Counted from the first letter of the stretch, positions 21,054 through 31,847 are shown. The stretch is DNA of 64,000 nt from an uncultured Lachnospiraceae bacterium (GCA_947246015.1 CAMXQE010000007.1:16171-80170); one strand, 5' to 3'. Numbers and translations are program-made. Notes: generated by a model from the letters alone, not told the origin.

Positions 21054-21744
21054 TATAAGAATCATGATATGGAAGCAGTTGAAAGACACGTTAAAAAATA
21101 AAACCATCTTCATACAGTTTGTGATGTTTCCCGTTCTGGGTATTTTTATGACAAAAGCAGTAGACATCGAGGGGATGCCGCCGCATTTTTTTGTAAATAT
21201 GTTTGCTGCCATGTATGTGGGAATGGCGCCGCTGACGAGTATGGCTGCCATTATTTCGGAAGAAAAAGAAAAAAATACACTGCGGGTTCTGCTGATGGCA
21301 AAAGTGACACCATGGCAGTATCTGCTTGGCATTGGATGCTATGTGTTTTTCTTCTGTATGCTGGGGGCGGCAGTATTTTGCAGTCTGTTGGGAGAAGGGA
21401 CAGCATTTTATGACAGGTGCGAGTTCTTGCTGGTGATGGCTGCCGGAATCACAGCATCCCTTATGGCAGGGGCAGCCATAGGCGCAGGAAGCCGGAACCA
21501 GATGGCAGCCACTTCCGTTACCGTTCCGGTCATGATGGTGTTCTCTTTTTTACCGATGCTGTCGATGTTCAATGAGACGATTGCAAAAGTGGCGAAGTAT
21601 ACTTATACGGAACAAATCCGGAGAATGATAAGCGCTTTAGGGGAAGGACAGGGAGAGAATGGGAATCCCTGGGTGATTGGGCTGAATATGCTTGTGTTTG
21701 GGGGATTGTTTTGGGGGTTGTACAGGAGGCAGGGGCTTGCGTAG
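21034..21744 (+). CDS. ABC-2 type permease
   Basis: EEKEKNTLRVL motif, 6 TM. Confidence 0.88.
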   Translation: MRRIMNNIRIMIWKQLKDTLKNKTIFIQFVMFPVLGIFMTKAVDIEGMPPHFFVNMFAAMYVGMAPLTSMAAIISEEKEKNTLRVLLMAKVTPWQYLLGIGCYVFFFCMLGAAVFCSLLGEGTAFYDRCEFLLVMAAGITASLMAGAAIGAGSRNQMAATSVTVPVMMVFSFLPMLSMFNETIAKVAKYTYTEQIRRMISALGEGQGENGNPWVIGLNMLVFGGLFWGLYRRQGLA

Positions 21745-21918
21745 TATGCCCGTCTTTCCTTTTGTATACTTGCAGACGGGCATTTGTGCGGGCATTAAAA
21801 AAGGATTTCAGCAAAATAATTTTGGCAGGCTGCAGAATTCTGTGCCCTTCTGCTTGTATCAATGGAAACGAAACAGTATAATAATAGAAAACAAATCCAT
21901 TCTTAAAGGAGGGGTTCC

Positions 21919-23478
21919 ATGGCGATATGTTTGAATACGGAATCTGCATATAAACTTTTTGCCATGATGGTTCATGACGAATATTTTGTTGACAAATCCG
22001 GTATGATTGAACTGATTAATGCAAGAATCAATACCATGAACAGATATATCTGTATTACGAAACCGCGCCGTTTTGGGAAAACTTCGGCGCTTAATATGCT
22101 AGGGGCATATTACGGCAGCGTATGTGATGCGGCAGCATTGTTTGACGGGCTGGATATTAGCAGGAGTGAAACTTATAAGACTCATTTAAATAAGTATAAT
22201 GTAATTCATTTGTGCCTGAATCGATTGTCTGACTTTGGCAGCACATATGAGGATTATATTGGTTTGATTAGAAATTCAATAAGCTGTGACATAAAAGAAG
22301 CGTATCCTGAACTCAAAAATAAAGAGTATGGCGGTATTGCTGATATGCTGACTGCTACAGGTGACCAGTTTATTTTTATCATAGATGAGTGGGATTATAT
22401 TTTCAGTCATGAACTGTATTCGGAACATCAGGGAGATTTTTTGGAATTTCTGAGGAATCTGCTGAAAGACCAGTCTTATGTGGCGCTTGCCTATATGACA
22501 GGTGTTTTGCCGATTAAAAAGTACAGCACCGGTTCCGCACTGAATATGTTCAAGGAATATACAATGCTGAGGGATCCGTTTTTTGAGGAATATTTTGGAT
22601 TTACGGAAAGCGAGGTCAGAATTCTTTGTAAAAAGCAGGCAGCACTGACCATGGAAGAAATTAATGACTGGTATAATGGTTACCAGACAAGGAGCGGAGC
22701 GCGGCTGTATAATCCAAGATCTGTGGTATGTGCGCTTGAGGATGCAGTATGTCAGAGTTACTGGACCAGAACGGGAAAAGCGGACGAAGTATTGTTTTTC
22801 CTGAAATACAACATCGGTGAAGTGAGGGATGATGTTGTCAGAATGGTAAACAATACGCCTGTTATCCTTGAAATAAAAAAGGAATATTCGGCGGGACAAG
22901 AGAGTCCTGCCAATAGAAAAGATATTTATTCCGCGATGGTTATATACGGTTTGCTGTCTTATCATGACGGGGAACTTAGAATACCGAATAAAGAACTTAT
23001 GATGGAATTTGAGGAAGCGCTGGAGGACGATGAATTCGGCTATGTGGCAGAGCTTGTACGGAACTCAGATAAAGTATTAAATGCTACGTTAGAGAAAAAT
23101 GGGGATGCTGTTGCTTCATATCTTCACAACATCCATAACAGTGAATTACCAATCCTGAAATATAATGATGAAAACAGTTTATCCTGTGTGGTGACACTTG
23201 CCTATTTGTCTGCGCGGAATAAATACAGGATAGAGCGGGAAGAAAAAAGCGGTAAAGGTTTTGCGGATTTCATCCTTCATCCGAGGTGGAAAAATATGCC
23301 GGGGATTGTGCTTGAACTGAAGGCGGACGGTACGCCGGAATCGGCAATTGCCCAGATAAAAGACAAAGAATACTACGAGAAGCTGAGAAAGGAAAACGTG
23401 AAAAATATCCTTTTGGTGGGACTCAGTTATGATATCGGAAAGAAAGAGCATCAGTGTATCATTGAGGAAATGCTTTGA
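21919..23478 (+). CDS. AAA-ATPase-like protein with C-terminal PD-(D/E)XK nuclease domain
   Basis: YFVDKS, KPRRFGKT Walker A, IIDEWD Walker B, GKGFADF...VLELK nuclease motif. Confidence 0.88.
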   Translation: MAICLNTESAYKLFAMMVHDEYFVDKSGMIELINARINTMNRYICITKPRRFGKTSALNMLGAYYGSVCDAAALFDGLDISRSETYKTHLNKYNVIHLCLNRLSDFGSTYEDYIGLIRNSISCDIKEAYPELKNKEYGGIADMLTATGDQFIFIIDEWDYIFSHELYSEHQGDFLEFLRNLLKDQSYVALAYMTGVLPIKKYSTGSALNMFKEYTMLRDPFFEEYFGFTESEVRILCKKQAALTMEEINDWYNGYQTRSGARLYNPRSVVCALEDAVCQSYWTRTGKADEVLFFLKYNIGEVRDDVVRMVNNTPVILEIKKEYSAGQESPANRKDIYSAMVIYGLLSYHDGELRIPNKELMMEFEEALEDDEFGYVAELVRNSDKVLNATLEKNGDAVASYLHNIHNSELPILKYNDENSLSCVVTLAYLSARNKYRIEREEKSGKGFADFILHPRWKNMPGIVLELKADGTPESAIAQIKDKEYYEKLRKENVKNILLVGLSYDIGKKEHQCIIEEML

Positions 23479-23599
23479 AGTGTGTTTTTTTAGAGAAAAA
23501 GCATGGTTTGAGCGATTCTATGAGGATTTATAATGCAATGGCTTCGTATGAAAAAAATGAAAAATAACTGACTATTTAAGAAAAAAATATAAATCGTCA

Positions 23600-23711
23600 A
23601 ACTATCTGACAATTCAAAGAAAAAAGTTGTTTACAAGTTGAGGGAATTGGTGTATAGTGGTTTCTATCAAGTCGCAACGGAGCGCAGAAATGGCTCAGTG
23701 CGGCTTTTTTT
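23600..23711 (+). promoter_or_regulatory. gltB promoter with CodY-like box and leader attenuator
   Basis: AACTATCTGACAATT (3 mismatches to the CodY consensus); TTTACA-17-TATAGT with extended TG; terminator AAGTCGCA/TGCGGCTT-T-tract overlapping hexaloop hairpins. Confidence 0.6.
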
Positions 23712-23999
23712 CGTCCAATAAGACGATTCACGATGCGTATTGGGATTTAGTGCCTTTGGATAAAAGGCTGGGAGAATCCTTAGAAAAAGACAGAAAAAAT
23801 GAGTAGAAATGCAGACGGAAAGAAATAACTGAAAAAGTAAAAAAGAAACAGGTGAAAACAAAAAACAACAGGGGCTGTAAGAGTGAAAGATTTTTCAAAT
23901 CTTTCACTCAGCAAGTTTGTGTCTGCGCTGCATCCACAAACTTGGTATGCGCAAAAGGCAGCGCAGAAATGAGGTTAAACGCGAAAGGAGAGGAAAGAG

Positions 24000-26900
24000 A
24001 TGTTTGATGCAAAGAGGACAGTACCGAAAGCACCGCTTTATCAGGAAGGATTTGAACATGATAACTGCGGTATCGGCGCCTGTGTAAATATTAAGGGAAA
24101 AAAGAGCCATGAAACAGTGGAGAATGCACTGAAAATCGTGGAGAATCTGGAACACAGGGCAGGAAAGGATGCGGAAGGAAAGACCGGAGACGGTGTAGGG
24201 ATTCTGACGCAGGTTCCCCATAAGTTTCTGGTGAAAGTGACAAAACCACTTGGAATTGATTTGGGAGCGGAAAGGGAATACGGTGTAGGTATGTTTTTCT
24301 TTCCGCAGGATGAAATGAAAAGAAACCAGGCGATGAAGATGTTTGAAATTATCGTGGCAAAAGAGGGACTGGAGTTCCTTGGCTGGAGGAAGGTAGATAT
24401 CGTTCCTTCGGTGCTGGGGCATAAGGCAGTGGAATGTATGCCGCATATCATGCAGGGCTATGTGAAGAAGCCTGCCCATGTGGAAAAGGGGCTGGCATTC
24501 GACCGGATGCTATATATCGTGCGGCGGGTGTTCGAGCAGTCCGGCGACAATACATATGTAGTTTCCCTTTCCAGCCGGACGATTGTATATAAGGGAATGT
24601 TTCTGGTAGGGCAGCTTCGTACCTTTTTTATGGATTTGCAGGATAAGGATTATGAGTCGGCGATTGCGATTGTGCATTCCCGTTTTTCCACCAATACCAA
24701 TCCCAGTTGGGAGCGGGCGCATCCGAACCGCTTTATCGTACACAACGGGGAAATCAATACCATCCGCGGCAATGCGGATAAGATGCTTGCCCGTGAGGAG
24801 AATATGGAATCCGAGCATTTGCACGGACAGCTTCATAAGGTGCTTCCGGTGGTCAATGCCTCCGGGTCCGACTCGGCGATGTTAGACAATACGCTGGAGT
24901 TTCTTGTTATGAGCGGGATGGATCTGCCGCTGGCGGTTATGATTACCATTCCGGAGCCGTGGGCAAATAATAAAACCATGAACCAGCATAAGAAGGATTT
25001 TTATCAGTATTATGCTACAATGATGGAGCCCTGGGACGGACCTGCCTCCATTCTTTTTTCTGACGGGGATATTATGGGAGCGGTACTTGACCGGAACGGT
25101 CTGCGTCCTTCCCGCTACATGATTACTGCCGACGACCAGCTCATTCTGTCCTCCGAAGTGGGCGTGCTGGATATTGACCCTGCGAAAATCGTAGTGAAAG
25201 AAAGGCTGCGCCCGGGCAAGATGCTGTTGGTGGATACTGTAAGGGGAGAAGTGATTGACGATGAGGAGTTAAAGGAGAAATATGCCTGCGCCCAGCCTTA
25301 CGGCGAGTGGCTGGACAGCAATCTGGTGTCTTTAAAGGATTTGAAGATTCCCAATGAAAGGGTGCCGGAATTTTCCTATGAGGAAAGACAACGGATGCAG
25401 AAAGCCTTCGGCTATTCTTACGAGGAATTGAAAACCAGCATTCTTCCGATGGCAAAGAACGGCGGTGAAGCAATAGCGGCAATGGGTGTGGATACGCCGC
25501 TTCCCGTTCTAAGTAAAACTTATCACCCGCTGTTCCATTATTTTAAGCAGCTTTTTGCACAGGTGACGAATCCGCCTATTGATGCGATACGGGAAGAAGT
25601 GGTGACTTCCACGACGATTTATATTGGTACGGAGGGGAATATATTAGAGGAAACTCCGAAAAACTGCAATATTTTAAAAGTCAACAATCCGATTCTCACC
25701 AACACGGATATTATGAAAATCAAAAACATGAAAGCGGACGGGTTCAAAGTAGGGGTAGTGCCCATTACTTACTATAAGAATACCAGTTTGGAGCGTGCCA
25801 TTGAAAGACTGTTCGTGGAAGTGGACAGAGTATACCGGGAGGGTGTCAACATCCTGATTATTTCCGACCGGGGTGTGGATGAAAATCATGTGGCAATCCC
25901 GTCACTGTTAGCGGTTTCTGCACTGAACAGGCATTTGGTACAGACGAAAAAGAGAACCAGCGTGGCATTGATTTTAGAATCCGGCGAGCCGAGAGAAGTG
26001 CATCACTTTGCCACCCTGCTGGGGTACGGCGCCTGTGCCATCAACCCTTATCTGGCGCAGGAGTCCATACGGGAGCTGATTGATAACCGGATGCTGGACA
26101 AAGACTACTATGCGGCAGTGGATGATTATAACAACGCGATTCTGCACGGTATCGTGAAAATTGCTTCCAAAATGGGGATTTCCACGATTCAGTCCTATCA
26201 GGGCTCGCAGATTTTTGAAGCTATCGGCATCGATTATGATGTGGTGAACAAATATTTTACCAATACGGTCTGCCGTGTGGGAGGAATTACCATAGAGGAT
26301 ATTGAGAAACAGACGGATGCCCTGCATTCCAAGGCATTTGACCCGTTGGGGCTGGAATCCGACCTGACACTGGACAGTCCGGGACACCATAAGATGAGAA
26401 GCGGCGCGGATGAACACTTGTACAATCCGGCGACTATTCATCTGCTGCAGGAATCCACCAGGCGCGGCGACTATGGGCTGTTTAAACAGTATACCGCATT
26501 GGTCAATGATGAAACTTCCGTTAAGAATCTGCGGGGGCTGATGGACTTTAACTATCCGAAGAAAAGCATTCCTATCGGGGATGTAGAGAGCGTGGATTCC
26601 ATCGTTACCAGATTCAAAACCGGCGCCATGTCTTACGGTTCCATTTCCAAGGAAGCCCATGAGACGATGGCAATTGCGATGAATAAGCTCCACGGCAAGT
26701 CCAATTCCGGTGAAGGCGGTGAGGATTTAGACAGATTGACCGTAGGAGTCGATGGGATAAACCGCTGTTCTGCAATTAAGCAGGTGGCAAGCGGAAGGTT
26801 TGGCGTGACCAGCCGTTACCTTGTCAGCGCCAAAGAGATTCAGATTAAGATGGCGCAGGGGGCAAAACCCGGCGAAGGCGGGCACCTGCCCGGCGGCAAG

Positions 26901-28547
26901 GTCTATCCCTGGATTGCCAAAACAAGGCACTCCACACCCGGCGTAGGGCTGATTTCCCCTCCGCCCCATCACGATATTTATTCCATCGAGGACTTGGCAG
27001 AACTGATATATGATTTGAAAAATTCTAACAAGGATGCGAGGATTTCCGTGAAGCTGGTGTCCGAGGCAGGTGTCGGAACCGTTGCGGCAGGTGTGGCAAA
27101 GGCGGGGGCACAGGTCATTCTGGTGTCCGGTTATGACGGCGGAACCGGTGCGGCGCCGCGAAATTCCATTCATAATGCAGGGCTTCCCTGGGAACTTGGG
27201 CTGGCAGAAACCCATCAGACGCTGATTATGAACGGGCTGCGTAGTAAGGTGCGCATTGAGACGGACGGAAAACTGATGAGCGGACGGGATGTGGCGATTG
27301 CAGCGATTCTCGGTGCAGAGGAGTTCGGCTTTGCTACCGCTCCCCTTGTTACCATGGGGTGTGTCATGATGCGGGTATGTAATCTGGATACCTGTCCGGT
27401 GGGCGTGGCGACGCAGAATCCCAAGCTGCGTAAGAATTTCAAAGGCAAACCGGAATATGTGATGAACTTCATGAAATTCATAGCGGAAGAACTGCGGGAA
27501 TATATGGCAAAACTGGGTGTACGCACGGTGGATGAACTGGTAGGGCGTACCGATTTGCTGAAAATAAAAGAGACGCTGACAGAACATCAGAAAAAGATAG
27601 ATTTGACCCGGATTCTTTCCAACCCTTATGAGGGAAGCAGGGAAAGAGTAACCTTTGACCAGAAAAAAGTCTATGACTTCCATTTGGAGAAGACACTGGA
27701 TGAAAAAGTATTGTTAAAACAGCTTTCCGGTGCGATGGACAAAGGGGTGAAACGGAGCATTGAAGTGGATGTGAAGAATACGGACCGTGCATTTGGTACG
27801 ATTCTCGGTTCGGAGATTACGAAGCGGCTGGGCGATGATGTGGCGGAAGATACTTACCGTGTCCTTTGTAAAGGAGCAGGCGGACAGAGTTTCGGCGCGT
27901 TTATCCCGAAGGGGCTGACACTGGAGCTGGTGGGCGAAAGCAATGACTATTTTGGTAAAGGCTTATCCGGCGGGAAGCTGATTGTATATCCTCCGGCGGG
28001 CAGCAGGTTCAAACCGGAAGAAAATATCATTATCGGCAATGTGGCTCTCTATGGCGCTACCAGCGGCAAGGCATTTATCAACGGTGTGGCAGGCGAACGT
28101 TTCTGCGTGCGCAACTCCGGCGCCCATGCAGTGGTGGAAGGAGTGGGCGATCATGGCTGCGAATACATGACCGGAGGGCGTGTGGTTGTCTTAGGGCCTA
28201 CGGGAAAAAATTTTGCGGCAGGCATGAGCGGCGGTATCGCTTATGTGCTGGACGAAAACAGAGATTTGTATATCCGCCTGAACAAAGAAATGGTTTCTTC
28301 CCATGAGCTGACCAATAAGTATGATGTACTGGAATTAAAGGAAATGATTAAAGAACATGTGGCGCTGACCAATTCGGTCAAAGGGAAGGAAATTCTCGAT
28401 AATTTCAAGGATTACCTGCCGAAATTTAAGAAAATCATTCCTTACGATTATGAAAGGATGCTGACCGCCATCGTACAGATGGAGGAAAAGGGACTGAGTG
28501 CGGAGCAGGCACAGATTGAGGCATTTTATGCAAATAAGGTGAAGTAA
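24000..28547 (+). CDS. gltB: Glutamate synthase large subunit
   Basis: HDNCGIG N-terminal Cys, HSRFSTNT, IKMAQGAKPGEGGHLP, CVMMRVCNLDTCPVG. Confidence 0.98.
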   Translation: MFDAKRTVPKAPLYQEGFEHDNCGIGACVNIKGKKSHETVENALKIVENLEHRAGKDAEGKTGDGVGILTQVPHKFLVKVTKPLGIDLGAEREYGVGMFFFPQDEMKRNQAMKMFEIIVAKEGLEFLGWRKVDIVPSVLGHKAVECMPHIMQGYVKKPAHVEKGLAFDRMLYIVRRVFEQSGDNTYVVSLSSRTIVYKGMFLVGQLRTFFMDLQDKDYESAIAIVHSRFSTNTNPSWERAHPNRFIVHNGEINTIRGNADKMLAREENMESEHLHGQLHKVLPVVNASGSDSAMLDNTLEFLVMSGMDLPLAVMITIPEPWANNKTMNQHKKDFYQYYATMMEPWDGPASILFSDGDIMGAVLDRNGLRPSRYMITADDQLILSSEVGVLDIDPAKIVVKERLRPGKMLLVDTVRGEVIDDEELKEKYACAQPYGEWLDSNLVSLKDLKIPNERVPEFSYEERQRMQKAFGYSYEELKTSILPMAKNGGEAIAAMGVDTPLPVLSKTYHPLFHYFKQLFAQVTNPPIDAIREEVVTSTTIYIGTEGNILEETPKNCNILKVNNPILTNTDIMKIKNMKADGFKVGVVPITYYKNTSLERAIERLFVEVDRVYREGVNILIISDRGVDENHVAIPSLLAVSALNRHLVQTKKRTSVALILESGEPREVHHFATLLGYGACAINPYLAQESIRELIDNRMLDKDYYAAVDDYNNAILHGIVKIASKMGISTIQSYQGSQIFEAIGIDYDVVNKYFTNTVCRVGGITIEDIEKQTDALHSKAFDPLGLESDLTLDSPGHHKMRSGADEHLYNPATIHLLQESTRRGDYGLFKQYTALVNDETSVKNLRGLMDFNYPKKSIPIGDVESVDSIVTRFKTGAMSYGSISKEAHETMAIAMNKLHGKSNSGEGGEDLDRLTVGVDGINRCSAIKQVASGRFGVTSRYLVSAKEIQIKMAQGAKPGEGGHLPGGKVYPWIAKTRHSTPGVGLISPPPHHDIYSIEDLAELIYDLKNSNKDARISVKLVSEAGVGTVAAGVAKAGAQVILVSGYDGGTGAAPRNSIHNAGLPWELGLAETHQTLIMNGLRSKVRIETDGKLMSGRDVAIAAILGAEEFGFATAPLVTMGCVMMRVCNLDTCPVGVATQNPKLRKNFKGKPEYVMNFMKFIAEELREYMAKLGVRTVDELVGRTDLLKIKETLTEHQKKIDLTRILSNPYEGSRERVTFDQKKVYDFHLEKTLDEKVLLKQLSGAMDKGVKRSIEVDVKNTDRAFGTILGSEITKRLGDDVAEDTYRVLCKGAGGQSFGAFIPKGLTLELVGESNDYFGKGLSGGKLIVYPPAGSRFKPEENIIIGNVALYGATSGKAFINGVAGERFCVRNSGAHAVVEGVGDHGCEYMTGGRVVVLGPTGKNFAAGMSGGIAYVLDENRDLYIRLNKEMVSSHELTNKYDVLELKEMIKEHVALTNSVKGKEILDNFKDYLPKFKKIIPYDYERMLTAIVQMEEKGLSAEQAQIEAFYANKVK

Positions 28548-28598
28548 GATGTGAATAGCGGCGTGCATCGCGGCAGCGGGAAAGGAGTGTAAGGTAAG

Positions 28599-30092
28599 AT
28601 GGGAAAACCCACGGGATTTATGGATTATAGGAGGGAAGTTTCCGAGGCGGCGGAGCCAAAGGAAAGGATAAAGAATTTTAATGAGTTTCACGAGCATCTT
28701 CCGCAGGAGAAGCAGCAGCTTCAGGGAGCAAGGTGCATGGAGTGCGGGGTGCCGTTTTGTCAGGCTGGCATGAATATCTGCGGGATGACTTCGGGGTGTC
28801 CGCTGCATAATCTTGTGCCGGAATGGAATGATCTGGTATATACGGGCAACTGGAAGCAGGCATATAACCGTCTGAAAAAGACGAACAGTTTTCCGGAGTT
28901 TACGTCAAGGGTCTGTCCAGCGCTGTGCGAGGCGGCATGTACCTGCGGGTTAAACGGGGAGCCGGTGGCTACGAAGGAAAATGAGTATGCGATTATTGAA
29001 AATGCGTATGCGAAAGGATATGCGGCGGCAAAGCCGCCTAAGGTGCGCACGGGAAAACGGGTTGCGGTAGTAGGAAGCGGACCGGCGGGCCTGGCGGTGG
29101 CGGACCAGTTGAATAAACGCGGGCATTCGGTGACGGTGTATGAGCGTTCCGACCGGATCGGCGGTCTGCTGATGTACGGAATACCGAATATGAAGCTGGA
29201 AAAGAAGATTGTGGAGCGCAAGGTGAAGATTATGGAGGAGGAAGGCGTGACCTTCATCACGGGAACGGATGTGGGGAAGGATGTGAAAGCGGAAACTTTG
29301 CGGAAAGAGTACCACAAGGTAGTGCTTGCCTGCGGGTCTTCCAATCCCAGGGACATTCAGGCAGCGGGCAGGGATGCGAAAGGAATTTATTTTGCCGTGG
29401 ATTTTCTGAAAGCAAATACAAAAAGCCTGCTGGATTCTCATTTTGAAGACGGGAAGTATATTAATACCAGGGATAAGAATGTGGTGATTATCGGCGGAGG
29501 CGATACCGGCAATGACTGTGTGGGGACAGCGATACGTCATGGCTGTAAGTCCGTGACTCAGATTGAAATGATGCCGAAAGCGCCGGATACAAGGGCGGAG
29601 GACAATCCGTGGCCGGAGTGGCCCAAAGTGTGTAAGACGGATTACGGTCAGGAAGAAGCCATTGCATTATTCGGGCATGATCCGCGGATTTACGAATCTA
29701 CGGTAAAGGAGTTTGTCAAGGATAAAAACGGCAGCTTAAAGGCAGTGAAAATCGTGAAGCTCCAGTGGGAGAGGGATGAGAAGACCGGACGTATGAATAT
29801 GAAGGAAGTCGCGGGAAGCGAACAGACGCTTCCGGCGGAAATCGTCCTGATAGCGGCGGGATTTTTAGGAAGCCAGAAGTATGTGACGGATGCCTTTCAG
29901 GTGGAATTGAATGAACGGACGAATGTGAAGACGGCTCCGGGTGCTTATGAAACCAATGTGAAAAATGTGTTTGTCGCCGGTGATATGCACAGGGGGCAGT
30001 CCCTGGTGGTATGGGCAATCCGTGAGGGCAGGGAAGCGGCAAGGGCTGTGGATGAGAGTCTGATGGGGTATAGTAATCTGATGGTTCAGTAG
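28599..30092 (+). CDS. gltD: Glutamate synthase small subunit
   Basis: ARCMECGVPFC...GCP, GSGPAGL, GGGDTGNDC, AGDMHRGQSLVVWAI. Confidence 0.98.
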   Translation: MGKPTGFMDYRREVSEAAEPKERIKNFNEFHEHLPQEKQQLQGARCMECGVPFCQAGMNICGMTSGCPLHNLVPEWNDLVYTGNWKQAYNRLKKTNSFPEFTSRVCPALCEAACTCGLNGEPVATKENEYAIIENAYAKGYAAAKPPKVRTGKRVAVVGSGPAGLAVADQLNKRGHSVTVYERSDRIGGLLMYGIPNMKLEKKIVERKVKIMEEEGVTFITGTDVGKDVKAETLRKEYHKVVLACGSSNPRDIQAAGRDAKGIYFAVDFLKANTKSLLDSHFEDGKYINTRDKNVVIIGGGDTGNDCVGTAIRHGCKSVTQIEMMPKAPDTRAEDNPWPEWPKVCKTDYGQEEAIALFGHDPRIYESTVKEFVKDKNGSLKAVKIVKLQWERDEKTGRMNMKEVAGSEQTLPAEIVLIAAGFLGSQKYVTDAFQVELNERTNVKTAPGAYETNVKNVFVAGDMHRGQSLVVWAIREGREAARAVDESLMGYSNLMVQ

Positions 30093-30274
30093 GGAGGCTG
30101 CTGCCGACCGAAGTGGAACGTAGACCTTGGAGTGGGCAGATTCCGGTAACAGTTCGGTCGAAAACTGAACTGTTACTTTTTCAGGTGAATAAGGAAATCC
30201 ATATTGACAAATGCTCCATGTAGAATAAAAGAATAGTAAGTGGGAAATCCCACTGCAAATATGGAGGTGATGGC

Positions 30275-30513
30275 ATGGAAGCAATAAGAGACTATACGGT
30301 TCATATTGATAATAAGAAAAGAGTTACATTGAGGGGGCGTTGTATCAATACTATCATGTAAAAGAATATCAAAACGGATGTATTATTCTGGAGCCAAGAG
30401 AGTTGACAGTTCCGGATACCATTTCAGGCAAAACGCTGGAAGACATGGATCGTGCAATCGCAAATTTTAAATTGGACAGGGTTTCAGAACCTGTTGATAC
30501 CCGCGAGCAGTGA
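30275..30513 (+). pseudogene. Frameshifted small AbrB/antitoxin-like gene, 3' end replaced by a repeat
   Basis: MEAIRDYTVHIDNKKRVTLRG, then in another frame ALYQYYHVKEYQNGCIILEPREL...; the shift lies at a G5 tract; RBS GGAGG; palindrome AGTGGGAAATCCCACT upstream. Confidence 0.6.
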
Positions 30514-30659
30514 GGAAAATAGCCATGCTTAAGAGATATAAACATCTCTGGATATTTGACGAATGCCGCGAGGGTCACATACCAACACATCGAAGATGTG
30601 TTTGCGCTCTGTAGCGTTGCAATCTTGATGCCCCGTTGCTTGCAGCGGGGTTGTTGACT
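30498..30659 (+). repeat. Palindromic intergenic repeat family, copy D
   Basis: CCCGCGAGCAG...GCCGCGAGGGTCA...GCCCCGTTGCTTGCAGCGGGGTTGTTGACT. Confidence 0.85.
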
Positions 30660-30834
30660 CTACTGTGTTTTGATGAATAATGAAATTATTATTAAAGATC
30701 AGGAAAGCGTTGTTTTTCTCATATTCATTTGTTATACTTTAACTGTAATAGCATAAAAAATGAAATGCTGAAATAGTATAAATTTATGTAGAACGAAATA
30801 TTTTGATATGTAAATTTTGAAAGGACGTGTTTTT

Positions 30835-31065
30835 ATGGCATATGATATATTGCTTAAAGAAGCAAAAGACCTTCCTGAAGATATGATAGAGCAGGCGATT
30901 GAATTTATAAGGTTTTTAAAATATTCATCGGAAAAGAAACAGAAAGAGCATTTTTCAGACCATGGACTTACATTTCACAGGTCGGTAAATCCGTTAGCAA
31001 ATGATTTTATTGCTATTGCGGATGATTTTGATGAAACACCAGAATGCTTTAAGGAGTATCTATAA
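30835..31065 (+). CDS. DUF2281-type antitoxin
   Basis: LP......EFIRFL N-terminus and IADDFDETPECFKEY C-terminus; stop overlaps the PIN gene start. Confidence 0.8.
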   Translation: MAYDILLKEAKDLPEDMIEQAIEFIRFLKYSSEKKQKEHFSDHGLTFHRSVNPLANDFIAIADDFDETPECFKEYL

Positions 31066-31445
31066 TGTATCTTTTGGACACTAATGCTTTATTATTCTTT
31101 TTATATGATAATGAAAAACTTTCAAAAAAGGCATCGGAAATTATTTACCATAGTGATGAAAAAATCAGTGTAAGTATTGTTTCCATGTGGGAAATTGCAA
31201 TTAAGTCAAGTATCGGAAAATTAGAAATTAAAAGTTCTATTTCTAAGATTGTGGAGACATGTGAGAAAGAGCACTTAGAAATTCTTTCTATAAAACCAGT
31301 TCATCTTGATGGAATTAGAAAACTTCCTCTTATTCATGGAGACCCGTTTGACAGATTGATTATTTCACAAGCCCTCATGGAAAATTTCATAATTATTACA
31401 AAGGATGGGATAATATCACAATATGATGTCAAGGTGCTATGGTAA
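31065..31445 (+). CDS. vapC: PIN-domain VapC toxin
   Basis: YLLDTNALL, SMWEIAIK, HGDPFDRLIISQA, ITKD. Confidence 0.92.
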   Translation: MYLLDTNALLFFLYDNEKLSKKASEIIYHSDEKISVSIVSMWEIAIKSSIGKLEIKSSISKIVETCEKEHLEILSIKPVHLDGIRKLPLIHGDPFDRLIISQALMENFIIITKDGIISQYDVKVLW

Positions 31446-31636
31446 GAGGATTTTCAGTTTGTTATTTATATTCTAATCTCACAGGACGTCCAAGGATTGA
31501 TTTTAAGGATTGCTGACTGAGAAAAGATATAAAATTCTTGAATTATATTAACAATTAAGAAAGTTTCTGATATAATCAGATAAAATAAAGAATTGAGAAA
31601 TAATTCAGTTTGACTGTGTGAGAGTCATAGTGCTTT

Positions 31637-31683
31637 AGAGAAGCAAGAGTTTACTTAGCAGGGTAAGTTTGCTTCTCTTTTTT
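31637..31683 (+). terminator. Rho-independent terminator
   Basis: AGAGAAGCAA...TTGCTTCTCT plus T-tract. Confidence 0.65.
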
Positions 31684-31721
31684 GTTGTTTGAAAATCATA
31701 AATAGGAAAGGAAGTGATATT

Positions 31722-31847
31722 TATTCCCGCGAGCAACGAGCCAAGTGACTGCTTGCAGGCATTTGGCGACTGCCGCGAGGGTCAAATACCCCGCCCCTTG
31801 GGGCGTTTCAAATTTGATGCCCGCTGCTTGCGGCGGGGTCTTTGACT
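31722..31847 (+). repeat. Palindromic intergenic repeat family, copy E
   Basis: Near-identical to 2479-2600. Confidence 0.9.

Noticed and set aside
21919-23478. AAA-ATPase/PD-(D/E)XK gene as a novel defence system
   Set aside because: A common, often multicopy family in gut anaerobes; solitary here with no partner genes.
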